DNA from: Eledone cirrhosa
Lineage: Eukaryota
Reading direction: 5' to 3'
Assembly (NCBI GenBank): GCA_964016885.1
Contig: OZ024743.1
Location: 189,782,001-189,846,000, forward strand
DNA: 64,000 nt
This document shows positions 42,201-55,546 of the stretch, piece by piece. The notes under the pieces are model-generated. The model made no database searches and was not told where the DNA came from. It saw only the letters and a list, made by a program, of their open reading frames with translations. Each line of letters starts with the position of its first letter. The first letter of the stretch is position 1. A program made the translations under genes and the position numbers.

Positions 42201-42560
42201 CAGCTGCCCACTTGATGTAAACGTCAGAAAAATACAGGAGAAGGAGGACATCTACGGACCATTGATGAGGACTTTACAAATCCAGTATCCAAGATACACC
42301 TTTAGCTTCATACCCATCATTATTGGAGCTACGGGTTATATACCAACCCGCTTGGACCAAAGTATGACTGAACTTGCATTTGCGGACAAAGAGTGCAGCT
42401 CCCTAATTCATAGTCTACAAATGTTTGCGATAGCTGGCACCTTCAAAATTTGCAAAACATTCTTGCGATTCAAGGGATGACAATTTCTTTTCTTTTACAA
42501 CCTTGCCACCAGGAAGGTGGCCGGTCAAAAAAAATATACTCGAAATTAAGAGAAAGAGAC
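36218..42560 (+). mobile_element. Near full-length R4/Dong-clade element, family C, inserted in (CATA)n
   Basis: ORF from 36817 is restored in frame when the LTR insertion is removed; DYQKAFD, QGDSLS, FVDD, CRLC...HIVASC, RPDIVV...EISCP; frameshift near 41340; ~140-165 bp tandem duplication in the 5' UTR. Confidence 0.9.
37052..39227 (-). mobile_element. Non-autonomous Gypsy-type LTR element (TRIM/LARD-like)
   Basis: 413 bp LTRs 37052-37464 and 38815-39227 with 2 differences seen; CATC TSD; minus-strand PBS-like TGGTCACCCC and PPT-like ctggcgggaggtta; no gag/pol recognised. Confidence 0.9.
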
Positions 42561-42562
42561 AT

Positions 42563-42653
<91 letters not shown>

Positions 42654-42675
42654 TACACACATACATACATACATT

Positions 42676-42709
<34 letters not shown>

Positions 42710-42714
42710 TATAT

Positions 42715-42915
42715 CCAGGAGTGTAACTTGGAGTTACTGTAGGTTCACCAGGGTGAGCACTCGATGTTTTGCGTTCACTTCAGTGTCGAGGTGTAAAGTT
42801 AGACAGAGTGTATTAAAGTGAAAGATAACAAGGACGATTGGTTACTCCTTCATTACATTTATTGGTTGGTGACGCGTGTTTCGCCACTGATCAGCTCAAG
42901 GTTCGATCATTGTCA
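42715..42915 (-). mobile_element. PLE pLTR fragment with HHR 3' half
   Basis: minus strand gatcagtggc GAAA cacgcg TC accaa; homologous to 62836-63234. Confidence 0.6.
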
Positions 42916-43075
42916 GCTGAAAATGAGTATCACCAATAGCTGGGTGTTTAACCCTGTGATGGACTGGCATCCTGTCCAGGGGGAAGTATTGTACTCTCAG
43001 TCGCTTCACGCCATGAAACCGGGATAAGCATCGGCCAAATGAGCCTTCTGGCTTAAGACAGGGTTTAGATTTTTA
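42913..43075 (+). mobile_element. SINE central/3' fragment
   Basis: accctgtgatggactggcatcctgtccagggg...gaaaccgggataagc, a motif typical of tRNA-SINE bodies. Confidence 0.6.
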
Positions 43076-43308
43076 GTTAGTATTATTCAGAAAAGGGCAT
43101 ACTAATTTGCATATAGTTAGTGCTCATGCTGGTAATTAATTAAGAAGTGTAGTCACAGATGAAGTGTATAATACAGTTATATCTGTATAGAAACAGTTTG
43201 TAATCGAAACAGCACCAACATGTATAAATGTATACACACATCAAATATGTAAACATGTAAACATAACAGAAAATAGAAGTTTCCCTGTAAATTGAAAAAA
43301 TCATAAAC

Positions 43309-43353
43309 ACATTTAATCGATTTTCAGATCCATTTGGAGCCTCGTCAGAATAC
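43309..43353 (-). ncRNA. Type I hammerhead ribozyme, canonical core
   Basis: gtatt|ctgacga|ggctcc-aaat-ggatct|gaaa|atcgat|ta|aatgt. Confidence 0.75.
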
Positions 43354-44094
43354 CTGTATATCATCCAACCAACCACAAGGAAACATGTATTCGATAGGTA
43401 TATATACCATTTGTTCTTAGTTGTTTTCTACATTTAGATAAATAATAATTTCAACACCACACATGCACACTTGTAGGTCAGCAAAACACCACATACATAC
43501 AAATATGATAAATGCCATATACACACAATCGTGCCCACAACTTCGCCACACATGCATTTAACTCCATAGTACACAAACTCATCTAATTAAAAAAAATGTT
43601 CAAATAAATGTTTACTTCTGCTAGTAATTTAAGTGTTAGCTTAGCAACCAGTAACAAATATAACTAAAAGAACTCAAACTAATACACGGACTTGAAATTA
43701 CGACAACAATTGTAATATAGACTAGATGATCTATGAGCTTTTGAGATAACTAAAAAAAAGCTTCTTTTGTTAACAGATATATTTAGTTTTTCAATGGGTG
43801 ACCAGCCTACTCTTTGATCAGTATGAGCTAACCTCTTATTGAGGCATCAATTCCATGGCTCTGTTGTCTGCAAATTGGGAAAAACATGCCTGCTGGTAGA
43901 TGCACATACACACACACCCACATAAATCTTCAATATATAGAATTCTACCTCCTCTTAACAATTCTATCTTATCCATCCCTACATAAGTATAAAATACAGA
44001 TACACATAGACACACACATACATATACACACTTACACAGTTACATGCCCACACACGCAACCACTCCTTAAATATATAAAAATGTATGTATGTGT

Positions 44095-46880
44095 CATCAT
44101 CATCATCACCGTATTACGTCCGTTCTTCTACGCTAGCATGGGTTAGACGGGTTGTCGGCAGTGTCCAGTCGGCTGAACTTGTCTTGCTCATACAGGAACT
44201 GATTCTGGCCTGATTTCTTCAGCTGGATGCCCTTCCTAACACCAACCTCATTTACAGTGAATGCTGGGTGCTTTTTTTCTGTGGCAGCTACACGTCCACT
44301 TTACAGTTAGGGCTGGATGCTTTTTTGCCATGGCACCTCCACGACCACTTTGCAGGAGGCGGGGGCATATTGTCTATATGCTTCAGCTTTGGCTTGTTCC
44401 TGTAGGAAGTCGAGTCTTCTGTTTTACTGCGTGACGCCAGAGTCGCGGTCGTGTGACATTGCCCTTGAGAGGTGCAATTGGGTAAGGTTGGCTTTTATCA
44501 CCTCATCCCAGGTCTTCTTGGGTCTCCCCACTCCACGGTTTCCATCGACTTCTAGTGCTTAGCACCTTTTTATGCAGCTCTCTTCCTTCATATGCATCAC
44601 ATGTCCATACCAACGTAACCTCCTCTCCTGCACACAGCATTTGATTCCTCTTATGCTCAGTCTCTCTCTCAGTTCGTTTATGCTTTGCCGTTCGCGTATA
44701 TTACTATTACACATCCATCGGAGCATGGAAGCTTCATTTCTTTCTAATCTGCGCATGTCTTCTACAGACAATGCCCAGGTCTCACTACCATGTAACATGT
44801 TACTTTCATGACCTGGTCCATCAGCTTTATACCTCTATAGGTTCCTCTATCTAGTGCATCACCTTTACCTTTGTAGCAGTTGACACTAATACTGCTGCAC
44901 CAATCCTTTGGTATGATACCCTCTAGTATTACCTGGTTAACAATTCATGTGGTTGAGGTGTGACCTACCGACCCAGATGCCTTCAGCATCTCGGCAGCTA
45001 TACCAGATGGACTTGTTGCTTTCCCTGTCTTCTTACTTTTGATTGCCTTACTTACTACGCTGCTGCTGACTTGTACTGCTCTACAGTTTTCGCTTGGGGT
45101 AGGGTCTCTTTTTCCCATGCATTCTCCTCGTTTAGTAATCTTTCATAATGGCTCTTCCATGCAGCTTTCTTCTCGTCATTTGTGAGGGCAAGTTCACCAT
45201 TATCATTCCGGATACACTTCTCTCCAATGACATCACAATTCTCTCTGACACACTGCCTCACAATCTTGAACACCTCCTGTTTCTGGTCCTCACGTTGCAA
45301 AACATGCTTGAATTTTCTATCCTCTACTTCCCTTCTAGCTAAGTATACTTGTCGCCTAGCTTCCCTCCTGGTCTCTGTAATGTACCCTGCTACCCCCGGT
45401 CTTCCATTCTTTCCATGCCTGTCTCTGTAATGTACCCTGCTATCCCCGGTCTTCCATTCTTTCTATGCCTGTCTCTTAGCCTTAACTGCCTCGTCTACCT
45501 TATTGTTCCACCACTAAGTCACTCTCCTCCACCCTGTGGACTTGCTCCAACCACAGACCTCATCTGTCGCCTTTAGTAAGTTATTTTTTAGGATCTCCCA
45601 GTGCTCTTCTACATTGAATGTCTCTATCTGTTCTTCTTTACTGTCATAGGCGTCGAGTAGAATATATTTAAACATGTTACTGACTGAGGGGTCTTTCAGC
45701 TTCCAGATCTTTCTTTCCCAGGTTGCCTTCTGTTTCCAAGTTCGTCTAGTTTTGAAAGTGAGGTCGCTGACAACTAAGTTATGTTGGGAGGTACATTCCT
45801 GCCTAGGGAAGGCTTTTGTGTTTATAACCATCTATCTATCATGCCCTCTGATGAGGATAAAATCTATCTGACTAGAATGCACCCCTGATTTATAGGTGAT
45901 CAGATGGTTGTCGGGTTTTTTGAAGTTTGTGTTACATATCGACATGTCATTGGCACCGCAGAATTCCAGAAGCCTGAAGCCTTCTTCATTTCTTGTGCCA
46001 AACTGGTGGCCTCCATGGACACTATAGAAGCTGTCACTGTGTTTACCAATGTGTCCGTTAAAATCTCCTGCAATGATTAGGAAGTCATTGTCGTGTGTTA
46101 GGGCAGCAGTGTGCATTAGGGACTCGTAAAACCTATCCTTAAGTTCGTATGGCAACCCCAATTGGGGTGCGTAAGCTGATACTATTGTGGTAATTGTTTT
46201 ATTCAGGACTAGTCTGAGTTTAATGATTCTTGCATTCACCCTGTTCACTGAGATTACCTTATCAACCCATTTATCAGCTAATAGTATATCTACACCTCCC
46301 ATCCCGTTGTCATTTCCCACCCAGAAAAATTTGTAGCATTGACTTTTGCCTACGCGGACTCTAGCACAGTGCTTCTCAAACTATCTGATGTGGCAAACCG
46401 GCATTTTTATTTTTAATGTGCCACGTACCGCTAATATTTCGTAGTAATATTAATTTATACCGGAAACGATAAATATAATGAATATAATAATAGTTGACCA
46501 TTTTTTTATCCTCTATTTATTTTGTAAACAAATAATACAATATCAAAACATATAAAAAAGTAATCAAATAAATTCCTCAAATGATTCCTTAGCATGTCCT
46601 GGACACTGGCCGCGTACCGGTAGCTGATGGCTTGAGTACTGGCACCAGACTCTCTAGCGGACTCTCCTCTCCACCTACATCTCCAGCATACATCAAATTC
46701 CTTTCGCTCTAGCATCTCTACAATTTCTCCTGCTCTTCCTTTCATCGTGCTTACATTGATGCTTCCAACTCGGAGTTTTGGACATTTGCCATCACTCGTA
46801 GGATGGGGTGAATTTTTGTGGGGAGGGGGGGCGAATGCTTCCTGTCTCTGGATTAAAGCTTTGCATGGGTGTTTGGTAGC
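44095..46880 (-). mobile_element. Older RTE subfamily copy with the RT core deleted
   Basis: APE segments at 45514-46800; DQVMKV joined directly to MLHGSETW near 44797; 50 bp tandem duplication 45368-45476; (CAT)n tail. Confidence 0.88.
46367..46651 (+). mobile_element. hAT/Charlie-like MITE lacking its right TIR
   Basis: starts CAGTGCTTCTCAAACT; 8 bp TSD-like ctctagca/ctctagcg; interrupts the RTE APE region. Confidence 0.55.
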
Positions 46881-48399
46881 TTGCAGATTCATTTGTATAT
46901 ATAAAATACAATTCATTCTAAAACTTTTCTGCAACATCCTATAAAGAAAATTTGCAATTGGATGGAAAGCCACACCCCTGATGATCTAGCCAGTCAATCT
47001 TGAGCCCTTTTGGCTAACTGTCTGGAACTAGCTGTTGAAAGGGCAAGAGCTCAGCCATTGGGTTCTGACTCTTTATAATAGAGCCATACACTACAACCCC
47101 AAGTATCAAGTACTCTGTTGAGTAATGGTCTAACTAGTTTTAAACTGGTTCTATTCCGATATATATATATTTATGTATGTATATTTATATATATATATGT
47201 CATGTATTTATAATTAGAAGTACCATTAACATAGCATGCTTTATAATAGAGATGTATATTAAAACATGTATAACAATCATACATAAGTTTTAATGATCAT
47301 ATCACAGTACCTCAGCAGCCAAGTCAGAATTCCAGATGCTTGTGTTTTATGATATTGCTTACATATGGATTTTGTTTATTAAACATCTGCTGCAGATGCT
47401 CATTTACATATAGTCTGTGTATTAATAATTAGCTGTAGCATTAATATAGTGTAATGCAGGATATTGGCAGATATAGAAGTATGTAAATAGGCTTATGCCA
47501 ATATTTTCTCCTTGTTTTTAATAATTTCTTTTGTTAAAAATGTCATAAATACACCATAATTTTATATTGTTGTTGTTCCAATATGGTGATCTATGCAAAT
47601 ATGGTTCTATCTCTCTCTTCTTTTTCTACTTTGAGCATGCTCTTACATAAACCAACCAAAACCCTTTACTTTTGCCATGCTGAATACTGCTCAATTTGAA
47701 TTTCATTCATGTTGGATAACAGAAGGCAGGGCTTTCACCCAAATTTATTCATCTGGTAATGTGCCAAGAGAATGGAATATGGAATCAACAATGGACCCTG
47801 GCACGAAGTCGGTCTATCGAAGGAATTCATGGCTGGATAACCTAAAAAAAAAAATTGACAGAAGCTGAAAAAAAAATTATGAGAAGACTTTCATTTTGAA
47901 AAATGTGTTATGGCAAAAGGCACAATCAAAGGTTGGCAAATCTAAATCAAATTCCTAAATATAAAAATTATATGTATTCATAATTCACTTGGAGAAATAT
48001 TAGAAAGAGAAAATGGAAAACAATAAAATCAAAAGACTACAAGCATCCAACACAATCAGTATTATATTGTTTGTATTTCTAATTCGATATCATTTTCTTT
48101 TCTTTCTAGAATACTCTATCAATTATTTTTCTTTCTCTTTCCTTTAACTATCCTTACAAACACTTTAATCTTTATATTTTCTGTTGACCAAGGCAGAATT
48201 ATTGATATCCACAGATGGTCTGCTTAATCTATGTAAATTTATTGAATTTAATAATTCCTTTTATTAATAATTTCTTTTATTAAAGGTGTCATAAAGACAC
48301 CACAATTATTTATTAATGTTGTTCCAATATAGCAATCGACACAAATATGTCTCATTTTCTTCCCCTTTTTCAATGATGCACAGATCAAACAATCAAAGC

Positions 48400-48438
<39 letters not shown>

Positions 48439-48930
48439 ATATTTATTATTAATTGTGATTGGCTTCTCAAACCAGTAATGAATGGCTAGTAATTGATAGA
48501 ACCAATCACAATATATTACTGGTGGGTGGTCTTTTGTAGATGACTGAACTAACCAAATAGAGAAAAGGCTGGTGGTTCACTACATCACTAATACAGCATT
48601 CTGTCCGAAGGTGAAAATGTTTAAATTTTCAATGATCCACCCAGTCTAGTTGTAGATAGGTACATTTTACAATGCATACTAGTACCATGGTTAAGTTTGT
48701 TATTATGGTTTTAATCCCAGATCAACCTAGACAAATTTTAGAGGGACACAAACTAAGTATTTCGTGGGTTCAAAGTGTTTGATATAGTTGCTTTTAATGT
48801 TAATAAACATTATTAGTTTGTGTCATTTCCCATATATATAATACTTTTATCCTGTCAGTTAGGTTTCAACAGTAATACATCATATAGAATGGTTAAGAAA
48901 TACTTAACCTTTTATGTATTTTTCTGCCAG

Positions 48931-48968
48931 GAGTCAAAATCAAATCCATACATAAGCATAGAGACAGT
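48931..48968 (+). other. Candidate host micro-exon (38 nt)
   Basis: ttttatgtatttttctgccAG acceptor and GTAAGT donor; two frames open. Confidence 0.35.
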
Positions 48969-50224
48969 GTAAGTGTTTACTATTTTAGCTTTATTTGGTA
49001 TTTAACCGAATTTGAAAAAGTGTTCTTTTTGAGAAAAACTTTCTGTACAACACCTGAATCACCCCTCTACATTGACAAACGATACATGCTCTAATGTGTA
49101 GTCTTGTTAATAATGCCATACATAGAGACGAAACTACTTTATGGTATCAATATATTTTGAGATATTCATCAACACTGCTGATATATGTCTGCACAGAAAA
49201 AAGTATAGAGCATTTCCAAAAGAATGATTAAAGAAATGCTGCCAGCCTTGATTGAGTTCCTCAATTTCCATTTCATTTTCAGCTTTACTATGCCTCAACA
49301 CTTATCGAGGTTCAAATAGCCATCAGAAAGATGAAGAATAAGAAGCCCTGGGTCAAACAACATTCACTGAATGTGGACAATCACTAATTACTTAATTGCA
49401 TCATCTATTTCTTCTCATCTGGGAGAGACAAGTTCAATCTGACAATTTTCAAAAAGAGTAGGTCAGACATTAATGATTCTATAAGGAATTTGCTTGCTTC
49501 AGTTAGGAAGATCCACATGTGAGAGCCGAAATGATAACCTTCAATGGATTAAATTAGAAATCTAAAAGAGTGTGTGTGTGGTGATGGTGGAGAGCAGATT
49601 TGGTCAAAACTAACCTGAATCTATTTATTGACAGGTGTGACTGAAAGGTCAATCCACACTTTCATTTGTATTTCACAGAATTAGAAGCTTTGGTCACTTG
49701 ATAGAATTCAGGATCAGTAATGAAAACATTCTGTAATTGTAAACATCTTGTATCATAAACATTCAATCTTTTCAAAGTGGCCATATTGAAACTATTGCAT
49801 ATATGTAACATTAGTTCATTAACTTCAATAATTTTCAAAATCAGAGTAAATAATGCTACCATCCATTACCAAAATAATGTCCAAGACATTTGTAAGAGCC
49901 AATGAAGGCATTGGAGTTGCACTCACAGAAGTTGATTCAGCAGCCAGCTTGACAGCCCCAAAAAGTAGCAGTAAAAACTATCGCTACCATTAATAAGAGG
50001 AAGTCAACGCCAGCGACAGTGACAATAACATCACCAGCAACAACAACATATATTTCCAAGATTTATAGACTCATTTTTAGCAACATAATTCTATGAGAAA
50101 CTGTTAACATGCTCACATAATTACATACAGATCTCTAAGTTTTTCTGCTGGGAACAACGCCTGGTTTATTTATTCATTTATTCATTTTTTTTCTCGTATG
50201 TGTCCCCCCACCCTTTTCTGTCTT

Positions 50225-50515
50225 GTCTCCTGTTGCCTACAGATCTGGTGTAGGTGAGCTATGAGGCCTCACTCATATCAGCTCCCTGCCCACATCTACC
50301 AATTCCATTTTTTCCCTTCCAGCAACCTGGTGCAGTCTGCAACTAGCCCAGGTTCTTCTGCACTTCAGGCTGAGGAAGGTAAACTCTCCAAGTACCGGTT
50401 GCTTTCTGACAGGTTTGCAGTCGAACCCCTTGCAGTGGAGACTTCTGGTGTCCTTGGTCCTTGGGCTACCTGCCTACTTACCACCATAGGTGCTGAGCTG
50501 GCTATCTGCAGGTGG
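50225..50515 (+). mobile_element. CRE-like RLE C-terminal fragment
   Basis: AEEGKLSKY...EPLAVETSGVLGP motif. Confidence 0.65.
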
Positions 50516-51183
50516 ACAAGTATCACTCATTTGGCAAATCTGCTATTGTCCAATCAGAGTATAGCATGCAAACATATTCCAGAATATTCTAAATACTTAA
50601 CTGTATATAAATTTAGAAGACATTTATTAATTTGTTAGCGTTTGTACACTTTCAAAAAGTCAGCGTTTCAATATATATTTACTTACGCATCTTTTTGTAT
50701 TTTCATTTCAACTGTTGGCAAAAGCATAACACTCTCAGTTGCAGGAAGAATCTTAGCAAAATTCCTATTAAAATGACAGACATAAAAAGAACTTATGGCA
50801 CATTATAGTCTTTCAAAGTTCTGTAATCTGATGCGACAATAAAAAGCTGAAACTGCATTAAGTTGGCAGCACTTCCTAAACATGATGGAAACCTCTGTAT
50901 TTCATGGCTCACCAGTACAAATCATTTTCTGAATTCTACTTATATCTATTTTGTATTTGATTTCCAGAAAGTATCAAGATACAATAACAGGTTTAGGATT
51001 TAAATCATTTGGTTCTTTAAAAGAATACAAAACACAAAAAAAGCATCATGAATAATTCTTGAGAGAAAATTTGTTTTCAATATTGAAGAACTTCATATAA
51101 TTTCTGTTAGTTTGATATCAACATGATGTACAGGAACACACATAGACACAAATATACACACACACACACACATATAGATGTAA

Positions 51184-51226
<43 letters not shown>

Positions 51227-51396
51227 GAGGAGATATGTATCATAAGAAAGGAGGAGAGAGAAAAAAGTGTGATACAGTATGCTAGATGCCGATAGCCGAA
51301 GCGAGGTGTGCTCAAGGCTTAGGGTTGCAGTGTTAAATATTAAAGAGGGGTTAATATTTAATGAAGAAGACAAGCAGAGCAAGTATAAATAAGGGT

Positions 51397-51597
51397 GATG
51401 CAATACGTTTAAAACCAAATTTTACTTCTTACATTATGTTTCATCCATACCACAGTGAGTAACATCCATACAACAGCATTAACAACAAAATATACATGTG
51501 CGTACACACACAAAAAAATATGTATGAACTGTTACTCGCTGTTGTATGAATGAAACATAATGTAAGAAGTAAAATTTGGTTTTAAACGTATTGCATC
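51397..51597. repeat. Fold-back inverted repeat containing an HHR 3' half
   Basis: arms 51397-51472 and 51521-51597; GAAA cataatg TA agaag at 51552-51569. Confidence 0.75.
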
Positions 51598-51678
51598 TAC
51601 CTCATTTATTTTGCTGATATATATATATATTATTCAAAATATTAATAAATGAAGACGTTTACATAATAAAAATATATG

Positions 51679-51740
51679 TTTTATTATATATATTTCGGAG
51701 GTACTGTGCTGTTTTTTCAGTACGTCCTCGTTAGATAAAA
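51679..51740 (-). ncRNA. Hammerhead motif with G5A core mutation
   Basis: ttttat|ctaacga|ggacgtactg...cagtacctcc|gaaa|tatata|ta|ataaaa. Confidence 0.65.
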
Positions 51741-51800
51741 TACATGAATTGATGTATGACATACCTCAACTGCCTTGATGGTTCAATTCCAGTATTGGCA

Positions 51801-51849
<49 letters not shown>

Positions 51850-51850
<1 letters not shown>

Positions 51851-52194
51851 AAATTTTCGCTCTACATGGCTGAATACAATAAATGTAATCTGAGTTTTTC
51901 GAATATTAATAATAACATTCGATTTGTTTGCAATTATGCAAACAAGCCTCAATTTTATAGCCATGTCAGTAGAATGAACCCTTCATTCTTGCTCTTGTGC
52001 TGGCATGTGAACAGAACTGTAGAGACTAATGTTTCTGGGTATCACCGTTCATCAGTACAGTTCACTGTTCACCTGCCAAACTGTCAGAGCTAGTGAAAAT
52101 ATATGCTATTTTCAAAAATACACAGTGACTGATCGGCCTAATTTGCATATTAGCAGACTGATTTGCATATTCAGCCATGTAGAGCGAACATTTT
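51850..52194. mobile_element. MITE-like element with ~27 bp TIRs
   Basis: ttcgctctacatggctgaata / tattcagccatgtagagcgaa; second copy starts at ~63750. Confidence 0.65.
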
Positions 52195-52321
52195 ATTTTT
52201 TATTTGAATTTGGCAAAGTCGGCTATTTATCGCTCGTATACAGGAAACTGACTGGCCAGTCTGCTTATATGCAAATCTGGCTGATCAGTGGATCTGCTAA
52301 TATGCAGATTTGTGGTCGAGC

Positions 52322-52620
52322 TTATAGCAGTGCGACTTCTGGCATCCTTGGCCATAGGAACATCTCCTTACTTACCACAATTGGTGCAGAGTTGGCTACC
52401 TGTAGGTGTGAGCCTTGTGAGCTGGAATGGTTCTTCCAGTGCATTTCCCTCACCATTCTCTAGGGAAATGCTTTCTCTATTCAGTCTGCTGCAGCTGCAG
52501 GGCATCCAGCATGTGGGTCCCTGATTTGCTTATTATAGTGAGAGATGGGGAGAGCAGGAGAGTCAGAGGCAGTAACAGTGGGAGTTTGGTTCCATTGTGT
52601 TTGGACCTTGTGTATATGTA
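52322..52620 (+). mobile_element. CRE-like 3' fragment
   Basis: TSGILG...LEWFFQCISLTIL*GNA, resembling the QRIS..IQRGNA C-terminal motif. Confidence 0.6.
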
Positions 52621-53867
52621 TATATTTATTTATCATACCACACTAATAGTCAAGATGTTCAGGAAAGACAGAGAACAAGAAAATAAAAACAAAAAACAAA
52701 ACAAATTAAATGTGAATACTTAGCATTTATTTATATTTTTGTGAGTTGTGACAGGGAACAGATGAATTCTTAATCTTCCCTAAGTAAATAGCTAAATATT
52801 CTGAAGACCAATACAGGGCAGATAATTTGTAACTTACTTATAAACAAAATACATTCCGCAATTTCTGTCAAGACAGTGTATGGCTATAACAATGCATCTA
52901 TATGTAAGGTTATTTATGTATCAATAGAATTCAGTATTCATGTGTATTTGCATACTATTATATACATATGTATGTAAGGATGTGTGAGCAAGTGTATGTT
53001 TTTCAGCTTTTATGATGGGTGGAACTACTAAAGCAAGAGCTATAATGCAATTCAGAAGGTAGATAATGTAATAGAAATCAATAGAAAGACATTGTGTAAA
53101 TCCAATTAAGGGAACTCTGCAATGTTTCCTAGCCAAAGAACAGTAAAAAGAAATAAAACATGCCTAATTATGCCATTCTGTTGTAAATGGCAATATCGGT
53201 TTTGAAGAAGCACAAATACGGCACATAAAGTAAGGCAGTAAACTTGGTAAGTAAGTACCACTAATGGACTGATTAAAGATGATATATTAGTGGTATTCTA
53301 GTGAAATTAATATCGAAAATGTATTAGAAAACGGCCATTCAATGTGCTCCTGAAATTGAAAACACCTGTCCTATATAACATTGTTACACTAGTAACATGT
53401 AGAAATACAGTCATAAATAGAATATATATTCATATATATATATAAATTATGTATCAGGTATTGTGGAGCTGTTCTTAAGTGGAGAGGGCTAATAAAGCAA
53501 AGCCTATGTGTGTGTGCACGCACAGACATGCATTTATATATATTAAATGACATGGTATGAAATGATTTAGAGTGTTGAGTGTGTAAATATTTCATAAAAT
53601 AGTAAGAATCTCTAACACCAAAATAGCTGTAAAACAGCCAGCTGCTACGATAATCATAGCAAAGAGGCAGGTTAAATCAAAACCTCTTAATAAATGGAAG
53701 ATAGATAGATAGATATATAGAGAGAGAGCAAAAAAAGTTTAGTAGGGAGAGAGAGAATGAAAGTAGTAGAGCATATAGCATATAATGGGAGATGGGACAG
53801 ATAGAGAGAAGAAAGAGTGATTGAGAGTGGTAGAACATATAAGATAACATAAAAACCCCTCAGAAAA

Positions 53868-54090
53868 CTGGCACATTTGGTTACAATGATGAGTGTTCCA
53901 GTTGATCTGATCAATGGAACAGCCTGCTCATGAAATTAATGTGCAAGTGGCTGAGCATTCCACAGACTTGCATACCTTTAATGTAGTTCTCAGGGATATT
54001 CAGCATAACACAGAATGTGAAAATGCTGGACCTTCAAATTACAGGTACAACTCATTTTTACCAACTGAGTGGAGTGGGGCAACATGAAAT
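53868..54090 (-). mobile_element. Deu/Nin-domain-type SINE fragment
   Basis: ggaacagcctgctcatgaaattaatgtgcaagtggctgagcattccacagac, recognised from memory as a common cephalopod SINE body. Confidence 0.55.
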
Positions 54091-54130
54091 TTATTTATCA
54101 GATTACACAAAATAGTGAAACAGTAAGATG

Positions 54131-54638
54131 GCAATGCTTGCTACTGCTGGACTTGAAAACAGTCGGGAATATATAGTTTTCTCATCTGTGTAAATAAGGT
54201 GATTAATGAAGCTGCATAAGTTGGCTCACCTTATAATAGAAAAGAAATAAGACTTCGCTTCAAGCATAGCTTTATACAATATGTATAGAAATTTCGTATT
54301 TCTAAAGAAATACGGTTTTAGAAAGCTGTAGCTATGCTAACACCCTCTGGTGGTGTCCAGCAGAAGCAAGCAGTGGGAGGGACCGTCCTGATGAAGAGCA
54401 TTCGCAACTGTTTTCAAGTCCAGCTGTAGCAAGCGGTGGGAGGGACCATCCTGATGAAGACCAGTCAAGCCTGAAATGCATAGACGGTTGTCCCCCTTGC
54501 TTCTGGTGGATACCACCAGAGGGCGTTCGCCCCAGTGTTTGCATAGCTATGGCTTCCTAAAACCGTATTTCTGTAGAAATACGAAATTTCTATACATATT
54601 GTATAAAACTATGCTTGAAGCGAAGTCGTATTTCTTTT
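54131..54638. mobile_element. Rod-like palindromic element with an apical hammerhead
   Basis: arms 54240-54370 and 54496-54638; loop holds two CUGAUGA half-motifs and one 3' half; extra inverted copy of loop sequence at 54131-54170. Confidence 0.75.
54445..54488 (+). ncRNA. Type I hammerhead ribozyme, canonical CUGAUGA
   Basis: accatc|ctgatga|ag...ct|gaaa|tgca|ta|gacggt; helix II is weak. Confidence 0.7.
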
Positions 54639-54660
54639 ATATATATATATATATATATAT

Positions 54661-54990
54661 TTTCATTTCATTTCATTCATTTCATTCATTTTACGTCCAC
54701 TTTTCCCTGCTTGCAAGGGTGGGACAGGAACTGATTCTGGCTTGATTTCTACAGCTGGATGCCCTTCCTAACACCAACCTCATTTACAGTGAGTGCTGGG
54801 TGCTTTTTGGCCGTGGCACCTCCACGAATGATAGGGATCCCAGTCCCTATCATCTCATTTCTACAGCTGAGTAAACTGGAGCAACGTGAAATAAAGTGTC
54901 TTGCTCAAGGAAACAACACATCACCCGGTCTGAGAATTGAACTCACAACCTTTCGATTGCAAAGCCAATGCTCTAACCACTAAGCCATGT
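54661..54990 (-). mobile_element. SINE family 1
   Basis: reverse complement of 7867-8200. Confidence 0.88.
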
Positions 54991-55239
54991 ATATATTTTT
55001 ATTTGTTTGACCCGAATATATATATTTTTATTTGTTTGACCCGAATTACTTGGTCGTTTTTGTGGCTGTGCGGATGATTGTTTAACCATCGTCTCAGTGT
55101 GTTTGTCCTTTAATGTATGTTGTAGCTCTGGTTCATCTGAATCATTGAGCGCTTGCCACACATCTCGGAAGTTGTTTTTCATTAATTCCTAAGCCGAAAT
55201 ACGATTCTCGCTAATTTATATATATATATATATATATAT

Positions 55240-55546
55240 CTTGCAATCGAAAGGTTGTGAGTTCAATTCTCAGACCGTGTGATGTGTTGTTTCCTTGAGC
55301 AAGACACTTTATTTCACATTGCTCCAGTTTACTCAGCTGTAGAAATGAGATGATAGGGCCTGGGGTCCGTATCATTCCACTGCAAAGTGGTTGTGTAGGT
55401 GCCACGGCAAAAAAGCACCCACCACTCACAGTAAATGAGGTTGGTGTTAGGAAGGGCATCCAGCTGTAGAAATTAAGCCAGAATCAGTTCCCGTCCCACC
55501 CTTGCAAGCAGGGAAAAGCGGACGTAAAATGAAATGAATGAAATGA
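55240..55546 (+). mobile_element. SINE family 1, 5'-truncated
   Basis: matches 7900-8200. Confidence 0.88.

Noticed and set aside
46975-47045. ctgatga followed by a hairpin
   Set aside because: No properly placed GAAA/helix III
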